DNA of 34,666 nt from a virus (taxonomy: Duplodnaviria > Heunggongvirae > Uroviricota > Caudoviricetes), in IMG/VR virus record IMGVR_UViG_2909288124_000006. The stretch is one strand, 5' to 3'. Position 1 is the stretch's first letter; the number at the start of each line of letters is the position of its first letter. Below the pieces are notes generated by a model. That model did no database searches. It was given only the letters and a program-made list of their open reading frames with translations, and had not been told where the DNA came from. Positions 9,131-18,217 of this stretch are shown piece by piece. The translations under genes and the position numbers were made by a program.

Positions 9131-9571
9131 ATGCAGAAATATATTTTCAGTGCCGATAAAAATGCGTTTTTCCCTGTGGAGCTTAAAATCGCTTATCAGG
9201 AATCCGGCGAATGGCCCGATGATGGAATCGAAATTGACGACACTGTTGCTGCCGAATTTATGAAGGAAGCACCAGAAGGAAAATACAGAGGTGTCATCGA
9301 CGGAATGCCTGCATGGATTGATATTCCACCGCCAACTCATGAGGAACAAATTGCCGCAGCCGAACTGAAAAAGCAGCAATTGATTAATCAGGTCAACGAA
9401 TACATAAACAGTAAGCAATGGCCTGGTAAAGCGGCGATTGGTCGCCTGAAAGGTGAGGAACTGGTGCAATATAATTTGTGGCTGGATTATCTGGACGCAC
9501 TGGAACTGGTCGATACTTCCGGTGCGCCAGATATTGAATGGCCTACGCCTCCGGCAGTTCAGGCCAGATGA
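9131..9571 (+). CDS. Tail fibre assembly protein (alternative, partner of the silent cassette)
   Basis: 146 aa Tfa-like, C-terminal ...IEWPTPPA motif; convergent and overlapping with G. Confidence 0.8.
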   Translation: MQKYIFSADKNAFFPVELKIAYQESGEWPDDGIEIDDTVAAEFMKEAPEGKYRGVIDGMPAWIDIPPPTHEEQIAAAELKKQQLINQVNEYINSKQWPGKAAIGRLKGEELVQYNLWLDYLDALELVDTSGAPDIEWPTPPAVQAR

Positions 9572-10136
9572 CATCCGGTGCGGTGCTGGTATCTGTTGCC
9601 GTCACCGCGTCAATATAATCCAGCACAGCGTTAAGTCGGGTGTTTTCTGGCTGCGTCAGCTTCCGCCCGGCCTGTAATTTCAGTTGAATCAGACTGATGG
9701 AAGCCATTGCAGCATCAATCAGCGACTGGCGCTGTGCTTCTGCCGCTTCTACTGCGGCGCTATGCTGTGCCTCGGTATCCGTCACCCATTTCTCACCATC
9801 CCATTTATCGTATGGCGTTAACGGTGAAAGCGTGACATAACCGTCTTTGATGGCACCGATATAATCCACTGTAACAGCTGCGCCATTTTCAGTTGAGTAA
9901 ACGGTCTCATTGCGATGGTCTTCTTCATGGCTCCATCCCTTACCCGTAAATACAGCCACTTTTCCCGGAATGTTTTCGCTCGGGTCAATACCAGTGGAAC
10001 AGGCGGGCATACTTACGCCAGTATTAATATATTCATCAGACCAGCCGGTATATTCATACGTTACTGCATTATAATAAAAACAACGCATATCGCCCGGCAC
10101 TGTAGCCAGCCCATTTTCATCAAAAACAGGTTTCAT
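9543..10136 (-). CDS. G: Tail fibre assembly protein G (expressed orientation)
   Basis: 197 aa Tfa-like; directly downstream of H. Confidence 0.85.
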   Translation of the reverse strand: MKPVFDENGLATVPGDMRCFYYNAVTYEYTGWSDEYINTGVSMPACSTGIDPSENIPGKVAVFTGKGWSHEEDHRNETVYSTENGAAVTVDYIGAIKDGYVTLSPLTPYDKWDGEKWVTDTEAQHSAAVEAAEAQRQSLIDAAMASISLIQLKLQAGRKLTQPENTRLNAVLDYIDAVTATDTSTAPDVIWPELPEA

Positions 10137-11800
10137 TATTTAGCCCTCACCAGAAAGTTAAATGCAATATTTCGTGGACGGGTTTCTGTACCTACATTTC
10201 CACTAATTTCACCATAACGTTTAACACTACGAGAGCTAAGAGCTCGTAGTGAGGAAGGCACCTTAAGACCGGGTTCGTCCGTTTTAACTATTCCCCCGTC
10301 ACCATATGTAGCCAGTATTCCTGGGTTTACTCCTTCCCGTGCACTTCCTGCGGCAAGCCCGTCCCCCGTCCACAATTCCATATTGTGTGCATGATCCATA
10401 ATTGTGTGTGATTGCCCTGAAAGTAGGGTACGTCCGACATCAATCCCGCGCCCATCATCCCAGATACGAATGAAATCACCGCGTGCGTCAGGTAATGCCA
10501 GCGCCGGAAACACTTTCGCCAGCACAGGGTAATCAGTGGCAGAGAATTTCGCGCCGTTGAACTTCAAAAACACCATACCGGACCAGCTATCGATTACGGT
10601 ATCTGGCATTGCAGCGGACGGCCAGAAGAACGGAACGCCAATAGCTGGAGCTCCTTCTCCCAAACCAAGGTAATCAAGAACTCCCTGAGTGCTGGTTTTA
10701 CCAAGAATGGCACGTCCAACACTTGTCAACGCGGTTAACGCGGCACGATCTGCCCCTGTAAAATATGGGAGTTTATCTGCTGATGTAGCAAGCTCCGCCA
10801 GCGCCGTCAGGGTGGCATCCTTCGGTTGCTTACCCGCAAGCGCGTTAGTCATGGTGGTCGCAAAATTCGGGTCATTGCCCAGCGCCGCAGCCAGTTCGTT
10901 CAGCGTGTTCAGTGCATCAGGTGACGAATCTACAAGTGCGGCAATCGCGGCCATAACGAAAGCTGTGCTTGCGATCTGGGTATTATTAGTCCCCTGTGGC
11001 GCTGTTGGTGTTGTTGGCGTTCCGGTCAGTGCCGGGCTGTTTAATGGTGCTTTCTTGTTCGTTTCATCCATTACCACCTTAACAGCTTTTGGTGTCGCTG
11101 CCAGCGTTTCAGACGTGCTGTTCGTGGCGCTACTGAGCTGAACAATCCCTTTTTGTGTTGTGGTGGCGTTCTGGGCAGTATATTTCCCGTTAGCCAGGTC
11201 ATATGCAGCCTTAACCGCTTTCGGTGTTGCGGCCAGTGTTTCTGATTCACTGTTAATTGCACTGCTTAACTGAGTAAAACCTTTTACGGTCAGCGAGGCG
11301 TCCGGGTGACGTCGTGACTGTTCGTGCTCTGAGATTTTATCATCCACATATTTGCGGGTTGCCAGAACCACAGACGGGTCGATTTTCAGCGTGATGGCTT
11401 CGGTGTTCGTGACAACCAGAATCATGCGGATAGTCTGGGTGCGTCCACTGCCTTCCTGCAACTGCGGTTTGTACGTTTCCGGGCAGTTTGCCACCGCAAT
11501 AAGTACGCCTTCATCATCATAAAGACCAATCTCACGGATCCAGAATCCTCCCTCGTTTTCAGGGATGATTTGTTCCGCAATAATCTGGCTCTGATTGTTA
11601 GGGTCAACACTCAGAAGATTCAGCGGTGCAATGCGTTTCTGGTTAATCAGTTTTGTTTGTGCAGGGTCTGGTGTTGGTAACACACCATTTGCATCACCAA
11701 CGGCCATTTGCGTCAGATTCAGCTTACTGCCGAGCATCGTCGCGTTAGCCAGTCGTGCCGCGCCCTGATTAGTCAGAATGGCGTAGTATTTCACTGTCAT
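10136..11800 (-). CDS. H: Tail fibre protein H
   Basis: 554 aa; conserved N-terminus MTVKYYAILTNQGAARLANA, repeat motifs SETLAATPKAVK; gix-like site inside the gene at 10655-10668. Confidence 0.9.
   Translation of the reverse strand: MTVKYYAILTNQGAARLANATMLGSKLNLTQMAVGDANGVLPTPDPAQTKLINQKRIAPLNLLSVDPNNQSQIIAEQIIPENEGGFWIREIGLYDDEGVLIAVANCPETYKPQLQEGSGRTQTIRMILVVTNTEAITLKIDPSVVLATRKYVDDKISEHEQSRRHPDASLTVKGFTQLSSAINSESETLAATPKAVKAAYDLANGKYTAQNATTTQKGIVQLSSATNSTSETLAATPKAVKVVMDETNKKAPLNSPALTGTPTTPTAPQGTNNTQIASTAFVMAAIAALVDSSPDALNTLNELAAALGNDPNFATTMTNALAGKQPKDATLTALAELATSADKLPYFTGADRAALTALTSVGRAILGKTSTQGVLDYLGLGEGAPAIGVPFFWPSAAMPDTVIDSWSGMVFLKFNGAKFSATDYPVLAKVFPALALPDARGDFIRIWDDGRGIDVGRTLLSGQSHTIMDHAHNMELWTGDGLAAGSAREGVNPGILATYGDGGIVKTDEPGLKVPSSLRALSSRSVKRYGEISGNVGTETRPRNIAFNFLVRAK
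10649..10680. other. gix/hix-like recombination site 2 inside H (core ttctcccaaaccaa at 10655-10668)
   Basis: Inverted copy of site 1 core. Confidence 0.55.
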
Positions 11801-12405
11801 GCGTTTACTCTCAGATTATCAATTAAATGAATGGCCGGGGCAGGGAAATAATCCCCTTCGACAATAATGGACTCCGGGGTGTAGGGATAAACCGTCAGGG
11901 CATCGCCGTGATAGCATCCCGTACCAACGAAAATCTTTCCGTTCACACTCAGGCTGATCGCCAGCCCCGTCAGATGGCGACTTACTGGTTTTGCATCCGC
12001 AATAAGGCGCTCAAGTTCCTGATACATTTCATCGGTGATGCCCTGATCAAGTACTCCGACAACAATGCGAAATGTTCCTGGCTCCTCGTTGAGCTGCCAC
12101 CACTCCTTTACTTCAATCAGGTAGCCGAGAGGCTCCACGGCTCTTCGCAGTGCGCTGATGGTCCCTTTGTGTCGGTGTATCAGCCATGCATCACGAATTA
12201 CCTGTCGCTTTGTCTCTTCCGGCCAGTTGCGATCCCAGCGGTCAACGGAAAACGCCCAGGCGAGATAAGGCAGCAGGTGCACCGGGCAGGTGTCCGGCGA
12301 CCACAGCGTGTTGAGGTCTACCGGGATGTCTGTAATGCGCGTTCCGACAGCTTCGGCATAACGCATGAAATTGCTGGCTGATGGCGGTAACAGTGAATTA
12401 CTCAT
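11797..12405 (-). CDS. I: Baseplate assembly protein I
   Basis: Resembles P2 gpI (LLPYLAWAFSVDRWD...); start at ATG 12405 (MSNSLLPP), ATGAGTAA overlap with J stop. Confidence 0.85.
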   Translation of the reverse strand: MSNSLLPPSASNFMRYAEAVGTRITDIPVDLNTLWSPDTCPVHLLPYLAWAFSVDRWDRNWPEETKRQVIRDAWLIHRHKGTISALRRAVEPLGYLIEVKEWWQLNEEPGTFRIVVGVLDQGITDEMYQELERLIADAKPVSRHLTGLAISLSVNGKIFVGTGCYHGDALTVYPYTPESIIVEGDYFPAPAIHLIDNLRVNA

Positions 12406-13294
12406 TGCGCCCACCTTCGCTGATGGTGAATGACTCACAGCGCGCCGCCTGTATGTCGCTGATGGCCATATTCTGTGTGGGTTCGATTATCTCCACGCGT
12501 TGCACACCGTGCACATGCAGTGCGGCAGCAATGGCGGACAACGCCACGTCCTGACCGATAAGCCCCTGCTCAGCCAGCCACTTCCTGAACGACGATTCCG
12601 CCGCAGCCAGAATAGGTTCGGATTCCGGGCCGGGGTAAAAGTACAGTTTTGCATTCAGCCGCCATGTCACGATGCTGGCGCTCTGTACGGTCAGGCGGTC
12701 GGCCACCGGGCGGGTATCCTCTGCATTCAGAACGGCGCGAACGGTATTAAGCAACGCCTCCGTTGCTGTGCCGTCGCCCTCAGTGGACAGGATGGAAACC
12801 GTCACACTGGCCGGAGACGGGCTGATGGCTCGCGCATCGCGCACCAGACCGCTGGCGCTGCGGGCAAAATACTCGTATGCACCTGACGGGCCAGCAACGC
12901 TCAGGCCGTCATACGCCCGCTGCGCCCGCAGTCTCAGCGAGGTGTCGCTCTCCATCACCGCGTCGGTGGTATCCGTTGCCGGAGTGATAACCAGGCGCTT
13001 TGTGTTCATATTGCCCGCGAGGTTGTCCAGGTTTGTCCCTGAACCGTGGCTTAACATACAGGCGCGTGCGCCCTCGTTAACCCGCTGGCGTAACAGCATT
13101 TCACGAAACGACATGGTTTGAGCGATAACGTTAAGGGGTTCCGATTCCAGCTCCAGCGCGGCGGAAACGGCTTCACGCTGTTCGGCGGGATAGGACGCAA
13201 TCATCATGGCCTTTGTGTCAGCCAGAATTGCCTCAAAGTCAGGCTCCGCGATGATGGCGGGTTCCGGTAACTGTGAAAGGTCAACGGCAGGCAT
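12398..13294 (-). CDS. J: Baseplate protein J
   Basis: 298 aa resembling P2 gpJ. Confidence 0.9.
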   Translation of the reverse strand: MPAVDLSQLPEPAIIAEPDFEAILADTKAMMIASYPAEQREAVSAALELESEPLNVIAQTMSFREMLLRQRVNEGARACMLSHGSGTNLDNLAGNMNTKRLVITPATDTTDAVMESDTSLRLRAQRAYDGLSVAGPSGAYEYFARSASGLVRDARAISPSPASVTVSILSTEGDGTATEALLNTVRAVLNAEDTRPVADRLTVQSASIVTWRLNAKLYFYPGPESEPILAAAESSFRKWLAEQGLIGQDVALSAIAAALHVHGVQRVEIIEPTQNMAISDIQAARCESFTISEGGRNE

Positions 13295-13297
13295 GAT

Positions 13298-13648
13298 TTA
13301 CTCCCTCAGCGTGATGGTTAATTCAACATTCTGCATGGTCTGCATGACAGTGCCCGACAGCGTCACCCCGGCGCGGCCTCCTGCCTTCCAGACAACGTCG
13401 ATAGCGTCCAGGGCAATGCGGGGTTCCCATCGTGTCAGTGCAATCACGGCAGCACTCATGCATTGCAGACGCGTGGTGTTATTCATGGGTTCGTCAATCA
13501 AATCAGGCACAAGGCTGCCATATTCCCGTCGCATAACCCGGCTTGCCAGCGGGGTGATCAGGATGTCCCTGACTGACTGTTTCAGGTGCTCCATATCGTT
13601 CAGGTTTCCCGTTCCGTCCGGGTTCATTCCTGTGTAGCGGGTTGTCAC
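13298..13648 (-). CDS. W: Baseplate protein W (GPW/gp25 family)
   Basis: 116 aa; position and family resemblance. Confidence 0.85.
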   Translation of the reverse strand: MTTRYTGMNPDGTGNLNDMEHLKQSVRDILITPLASRVMRREYGSLVPDLIDEPMNNTTRLQCMSAAVIALTRWEPRIALDAIDVVWKAGGRAGVTLSGTVMQTMQNVELTITLRE

Positions 13649-14226
13649 TGCGGGCCTCCTGTCGAATCGCTGCCACCTTTAACGCCACCGTGTTTATGCG
13701 TATGCACTGTGATGCCGTTTGAGGTGAAATCGCCGCCGCTGTGCGTGATATTGCCGCTCATCTTTCCCCCTTTTGTGACGTCAATCTCGGCTGTTTTCAG
13801 AAGGTTTGTGCATTCCACGACGGGCGTATCCAGTTTCACGCTGACGGATGCCTGCAAAGTGGCCGTTTTCATGCCGCTGGCGCTCAGTGCGCCTGCGTCC
13901 GCGTCGTAGCGGAACACCGCGCCATCCGGCGCGCTGACCACGATTTCTTTCAGGCTTTTGCCGGGGGCCGGACTGGCATCACTCCACAGGCTGCCAATTA
14001 TCATGGCGGTTTCCGGGTTGCCGCCAATGCAGGCAATTACCACCTGTTCGCCGGGTGATGGCGGCAGCCACACATTGAAGGCTCCCGCGCGCGTGGTGTT
14101 CCAGCGCAACCAGCCTGTTTCCAGTTCGCCGCTGCGAACGCGCACGCACCAGGACTTCTCATCAACTTCAGAGATGATCCCGGTGCGGATGATGTTGCTC
14201 AGCAGTCGCATGAGTTCTGCGCTCAC
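13645..14226 (-). CDS. V: Baseplate assembly/spike protein V
   Basis: 193 aa resembling P2 gpV; Gly-rich C-terminus. Confidence 0.85.
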   Translation of the reverse strand: MSAELMRLLSNIIRTGIISEVDEKSWCVRVRSGELETGWLRWNTTRAGAFNVWLPPSPGEQVVIACIGGNPETAMIIGSLWSDASPAPGKSLKEIVVSAPDGAVFRYDADAGALSASGMKTATLQASVSVKLDTPVVECTNLLKTAEIDVTKGGKMSGNITHSGGDFTSNGITVHTHKHGGVKGGSDSTGGPQ

Positions 14227-14867
14227 CGTACAGTCTCCGCAATCCGGCCCAGCACCGTGTTATAAATCAGGCGTTCATCTGCCTGACTGATGCCCAACAG
14301 CTCACGTACCGGGTAATCGGTGAAAATGCCCGGCGCAACCTGATCGCGCTCACCGAACTGATGAACGCGGGCAATACGTGCGGCCACGCCGCTGTAACCC
14401 ACCGTCACACCGGAAGCATCTGCACGGGCTTTCAGGTAGCGGGCGGTGCGCAGTTTTACGAACATGGGGACGCGCTTTGTGCTGTCCTGGTTGATGCGCC
14501 GGGTGCGTATTTCCAGAAAGCGGTCGATGTCATCCCGGTAAAACGTGCGGATGCTGTTTTTATCCTCATCCCACCCGGTGATGGTTCGCCCGTATTTCCC
14601 CGTGTCGTGATGCCAGTTTTTCAGCGTGCGTGCTTCGTTATTCCAGATAAAGCGAATGCGCTCCTGTATCCGGGTTACGCGGCGTCTGCGTGGTGTCCAT
14701 GCGGTCCCGTCCGGCGCTTTCTGTGACCGGATGCGCGCCTGCTGGGCGCGGCGTAAATCCTGTGCCAGCTTTCTGGCGATGTTATTGATGGCCTGCTGAT
14801 TCAGGCTGTCGCGGATGGCCTCAAAGGTTTCATCCACGCGGGTGAATGCCTTATCCATCGCTTTCAT
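14223..14867 (-). CDS. S: Tail completion / virion morphogenesis protein S
   Basis: Synteny and family resemblance; longer than P2 gpS as I recall it. Confidence 0.7.
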   Translation of the reverse strand: MKAMDKAFTRVDETFEAIRDSLNQQAINNIARKLAQDLRRAQQARIRSQKAPDGTAWTPRRRRVTRIQERIRFIWNNEARTLKNWHHDTGKYGRTITGWDEDKNSIRTFYRDDIDRFLEIRTRRINQDSTKRVPMFVKLRTARYLKARADASGVTVGYSGVAARIARVHQFGERDQVAPGIFTDYPVRELLGISQADERLIYNTVLGRIAETVR

Positions 14868-15318
14868 CCCACGTCACATCCTGGAATACATGCGACCAGT
14901 CGCCTTCGGAAGAGGGCAGACGGGGTTTTGGCTCCGGCAGGTGTTCTGCCTGCGGTGTGCCCTGACTGTTGCGCGTAATGCGAACGCGTTCCCGCAGGGG
15001 GAGCGTAAACAGGAGATCGGCGCTGTCATCGTCATTGATAACGGCGGAGAATTTGATGTCCTGATTACGCTCCGGATTGAGCAACAACTGTGGCTGATTT
15101 TCGGATAACCACGCCAGCAGCGGCAGCGTGAGGTCGTCCAGCTCCCCGGCGTAATCCATGACAAACATCACCATCTGATAGCGGTAAACAAACGAGGGCG
15201 TTTCTCCGGTCGTTTCAATGTTGCCGCTCTCCACGAAAATGGTGAATTTTTCCGGATTAGCCTGGCACCATCGGCATGAACGGGTCATGGCTTCACGCAG
15301 GGAATCAGTTTTCAGCAT
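14851..15318 (-). CDS. R: Tail completion protein R
   Basis: 155 aa resembling P2 gpR (MLKTDSLR..., LAWLSENQP). Confidence 0.8.
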   Translation of the reverse strand: MLKTDSLREAMTRSCRWCQANPEKFTIFVESGNIETTGETPSFVYRYQMVMFVMDYAGELDDLTLPLLAWLSENQPQLLLNPERNQDIKFSAVINDDDSADLLFTLPLRERVRITRNSQGTPQAEHLPEPKPRLPSSEGDWSHVFQDVTWDESDG

Positions 15319-15625
15319 GGTTGTTATCCTCGTTGTTCAGTCGTTGCAGCCTGCGCTGTTCCAGTAATTCAATGGCCCGTTTATCCGCGTTACAGGTTTC
15401 AAGTGCATCCAGAAGGCGGTCGCCCCATATACCGAGATTTCCCCATGTGGGAGTGTCAGGGAAGGGGGGAGGCATTACCGGTATGGTCAGCGTCTGCGGT
15501 ATAAGCCGGACTGACGGCGCTGGCCGTGGCGCGTTCTGCGTGCCTGCGCAACCTGTCAGTAAAACGAGCGTCAGGCAAAGCGTGGGCGCATTCATCTTTT
15601 GCAATATCGTTGCGTAGCTGTTCAC
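15305..15625 (-). CDS. lysC: Outer-membrane lipoprotein o-spanin (LysC/Rz1-like), starting inside lysB in another frame
   Basis: Lipobox LLTGC followed by Pro-rich region; GTG start at 15625 with SD GGAGAGG; overlaps lysB and R. Confidence 0.6.
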   Translation of the reverse strand: MNSYATILQKMNAPTLCLTLVLLTGCAGTQNAPRPAPSVRLIPQTLTIPVMPPPFPDTPTWGNLGIWGDRLLDALETCNADKRAIELLEQRRLQRLNNEDNNHAEN

Positions 15626-15863
15626 GTCTGGCCTCTCCGTCCTGATTTCGCTGTTGATTTTCCACGCGGAGTTGCGTCAGCACCTGCTGCATATCCTGTA
15701 CCCCGGCGCTGATGATATTCAGGGTGTCGGCGGTACTTTTCAGGGTGCTGGCCTGCGCTTCGTTTCTGGCGTTCTCCCGGCCAAGCGACCATGACAGACG
15801 CATGGATGTTCCCCATCCGGCAATCAGAAGGAAAGCGACACCCAGCGTGGGCCAGAGCTTCAT
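15456..15863 (-). CDS. lysB: Inner-membrane spanin (LysB/Rz-like)
   Basis: N-terminal TM helix then coiled-coil-like region; start at ATG 15863 (MKLWPTLG) overlapping endolysin stop. Confidence 0.7.
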   Translation of the reverse strand: MKLWPTLGVAFLLIAGWGTSMRLSWSLGRENARNEAQASTLKSTADTLNIISAGVQDMQQVLTQLRVENQQRNQDGEARREQLRNDIAKDECAHALPDARFTDRLRRHAERATASAVSPAYTADADHTGNASPLP

Positions 15864-16252
15864 GCCGGATAGGCTCCGTGTGGTAACTGAAAATGCGGTC
15901 CGTCTTTCAGGGTCTTCCAGTCGCCGCCCCATTCCACCGGAATATTCAGTTCCCGGCTGGCTTGTCTGAATGCTGCTGCGATTTTTTCGTACAGCGGCCA
16001 TTCCCATGACACCTGGCTGCCGATATAAGCCACAACATCCACGGCATGCCCCGTAAGGTGGCGGCTGTTCATGGTCTGGCTCTTACCCGTGGCCACCAGT
16101 TGCTTCTGGCGGTAACGGCTGCGCAACCCTTCGGTGATACCAAAATCCACTTCCGAGATTTCCAGTGCCCGTCGGGTCACTTTCACCAGATCAGGATTTA
16201 CGCCCTGCAAATTCTTTTCGCTCCGGCTGCTGAATTTAAATGTGTTGCTCAT
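15860..16252 (-). CDS. Endolysin, peptidase M15 (VanY/L-Ala-D-Glu peptidase-like) family
   Basis: 130 aa with H..D...WGGDW...HFQ motif arrangement typical of M15 peptidases. Confidence 0.8.
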   Translation of the reverse strand: MSNTFKFSSRSEKNLQGVNPDLVKVTRRALEISEVDFGITEGLRSRYRQKQLVATGKSQTMNSRHLTGHAVDVVAYIGSQVSWEWPLYEKIAAAFRQASRELNIPVEWGGDWKTLKDGPHFQLPHGAYPA

Positions 16253-16572
16253 TCGTCCTTCTCCTTCACCCTGCGATTAAAGGCCGCAATAACCTTGTCG
16301 CGTGCTTTCTCTGCCCCCATAAAACCGATTGATGCGCCGATAAACGTCACGGCATCTTCAGGAAACCCGAAGAAGCGCAACGACCCGGCCACGGCCATGG
16401 CAAGAACGCCGCACGCCAGCGATCCCGTTACGGTCTGAACCAGTGTTCGTCCGTCATAAAGACTCATCAGCGCGGAAATGCTGACCGCCGCGCCTACTGC
16501 ATACACCGTTGGCAGGTGGTCAAAGAGCCACGCAATAACCTGCTCTGTGATCCCTGTTTGAATGGTGCTCAC
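16249..16572 (-). CDS. Holin (three predicted TM helices)
   Basis: GTG start at 16572 with SD GGGGGGAG just after X stop; hydrophobic segments; lysis-cassette position; ORF-track N-terminal extension rejected. Confidence 0.6.
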   Translation of the reverse strand: MSTIQTGITEQVIAWLFDHLPTVYAVGAAVSISALMSLYDGRTLVQTVTGSLACGVLAMAVAGSLRFFGFPEDAVTFIGASIGFMGAEKARDKVIAAFNRRVKEKDE

Positions 16573-16574
16573 TG

Positions 16575-16775
16575 CTACTCCCCCCACAACTGAATCATTT
16601 CTCGTTTCTTCTTCTCCGGCTCCGGCATCTCCACTTCCTGCCCGGCGTCCAGAAATACCTGCTGACAGAGTCCGGGGTTGGCATCCAGCACCTTTTCGGT
16701 GACGCCCTGCGTCGTGCCGTAGTACCGGAAACAGAGCGAATCCACGGTGTCGCCTTCCAGTGCCTTCACTTTCAT
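16575..16775 (-). CDS. X: Tail protein X
   Basis: 66 aa from MKVKALEGDTVDSLCFRYYG resembling P2 gpX. Confidence 0.75.
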   Translation of the reverse strand: MKVKALEGDTVDSLCFRYYGTTQGVTEKVLDANPGLCQQVFLDAGQEVEMPEPEKKKREMIQLWGE

Positions 16776-17278
16776 CAGCACAATTCCGCAAAGATTCGCG
16801 GGCGACACAGAATGTCAGAGATGGCCCAGCTCACATCGCGCCACAAATCCGATGTCTGTATATCCAGTGCGTCCGCCCGGCGGTCGCCCTTGTCCGTTGT
16901 GTCCGCATCGCGGTAACGCTCCAGAATCAGGGCGCGCGTGGCGGTATAAACAGCATTGCGCCAGTGCCAGAGATTGACGCTTTCTCCGTTAATTTCGGGT
17001 GCCGGAACATCGGCCAGCGTCTGATGGCCAGCTGCCTGCTGTTCCTGCTGCCATGCTTCCAGCTCGCGGGTAACGTGTGCCACAGCCCCGGTGGCAGTAT
17101 GCAGCAGGCGGGAGGTGGTCACGCGGCCCGGCAGTCGTACCGCCAGACGCAGCTCGCGCAGCACAATATCCGGCCAGAATGCACCCGCTGAAATGCGGGT
17201 ATCGCCATCATCGGTATCGGTGATGTCGTCCTCTGCGGGTCTGGGTTCAGTTCTGGCAACCATACTCATGGGGTTCAC
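16775..17278 (-). CDS. L: Head completion/stabilisation protein L
   Basis: Synteny between M and X; size consistent with gpL. Confidence 0.7.
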   Translation of the reverse strand: MNPMSMVARTEPRPAEDDITDTDDGDTRISAGAFWPDIVLRELRLAVRLPGRVTTSRLLHTATGAVAHVTRELEAWQQEQQAAGHQTLADVPAPEINGESVNLWHWRNAVYTATRALILERYRDADTTDKGDRRADALDIQTSDLWRDVSWAISDILCRPRIFAELC

Positions 17279-17371
17279 TCCTGAAAAAAATCGGGCGGTG
17301 GGTGCGCGGTGTAAACGGTCACGGAGTCAAACCGGAACACCGCGCACGCCGCCCGCTGACGGGGTCAGTCG

Positions 17372-18172
17372 TTAACCGCGCTTCGCCTTCTGCGTCGCGG
17401 TGGTTTTTCGTGTTGCAGGCTTCCGCGTTGTCTTTTTACTTTTGCTGCTTTCGTCCTGCGTCTGCTGTGCGCTGGCGTCTTCTGGTGCGGCTGCGGAATC
17501 GGCTTTTTTCAGGGCGCGGGAAAGGGTTGCAATCTCGCGTTTCACACCTGCGTTCGGGTTCAGGTGCATTGCTTCGCGCAGCAGCTTCAGTGACAGGGCC
17601 ATGCTGTCCGTATCACTCAGGCCACGGCGGGCAAAGGCGCACGCTTTGCATAATTTGGCGCGCACTTCGTCCGGCATGTCCTGGTCGGTGACAATCTCCC
17701 GGAGGGTGTCCAGTGGTTCGATAAAGGCGGACAAATCCGCGTCGGCATCCGTCCCGGCCTGCGTCAGTACCGGATTACAGATTTCTTCGGTCAGTACCGT
17801 GGCAGCAGTACGTCCAAAGTTATCCGGCATGATGAGGTTGTGACGGACCACATATGCACCAATACGCAGCGCCAGCGGAAGATCGCCGCAGTCAATCGCC
17901 CAGACCATCAGCGTGGCAATCACTTCATCCTGCTGCCCGCCGTCAGCCTCCAGCGTTCCCTCAATCCAGCCGGAAAAGTCCGGCAATAACTCTTTTTTGA
18001 TGGCGGCTTTCGCGCTTCTGGCCTGTACGCCCTTAAGCCGGGCCTGTGCCAGACGCAGACGATACAGCACCTCTTCATGCGCGGTACGCGCGGCGTGGTC
18101 CACGCCTTCATTCGCCCGGCCTGCGCGCTGTGCCATCACGTTCTGCCAGTGTTGCTGTGCAGGAGTAATCAT
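17372..18172 (-). CDS. M: Terminase endonuclease (small) subunit M
   Basis: 266 aa, synteny N-M-L and basic C-terminal tail. Confidence 0.8.
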   Translation of the reverse strand: MITPAQQHWQNVMAQRAGRANEGVDHAARTAHEEVLYRLRLAQARLKGVQARSAKAAIKKELLPDFSGWIEGTLEADGGQQDEVIATLMVWAIDCGDLPLALRIGAYVVRHNLIMPDNFGRTAATVLTEEICNPVLTQAGTDADADLSAFIEPLDTLREIVTDQDMPDEVRAKLCKACAFARRGLSDTDSMALSLKLLREAMHLNPNAGVKREIATLSRALKKADSAAAPEDASAQQTQDESSKSKKTTRKPATRKTTATQKAKRG

Positions 18173-18217
18173 TTTTTCTCTCCGTTACAGGCGGGCATGA
18201 TGTCCGCCGTGAGGTGA

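Larger units (their letters stand above)
8770..10668. other. Invertible tail-fibre host-range segment (G-segment-like)
   Basis: Bounded by inverted gix-like cores; contains two convergent tail-fibre assembly genes and a promoterless alternative fibre C-terminus; adjacent invertase. Confidence 0.6.
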
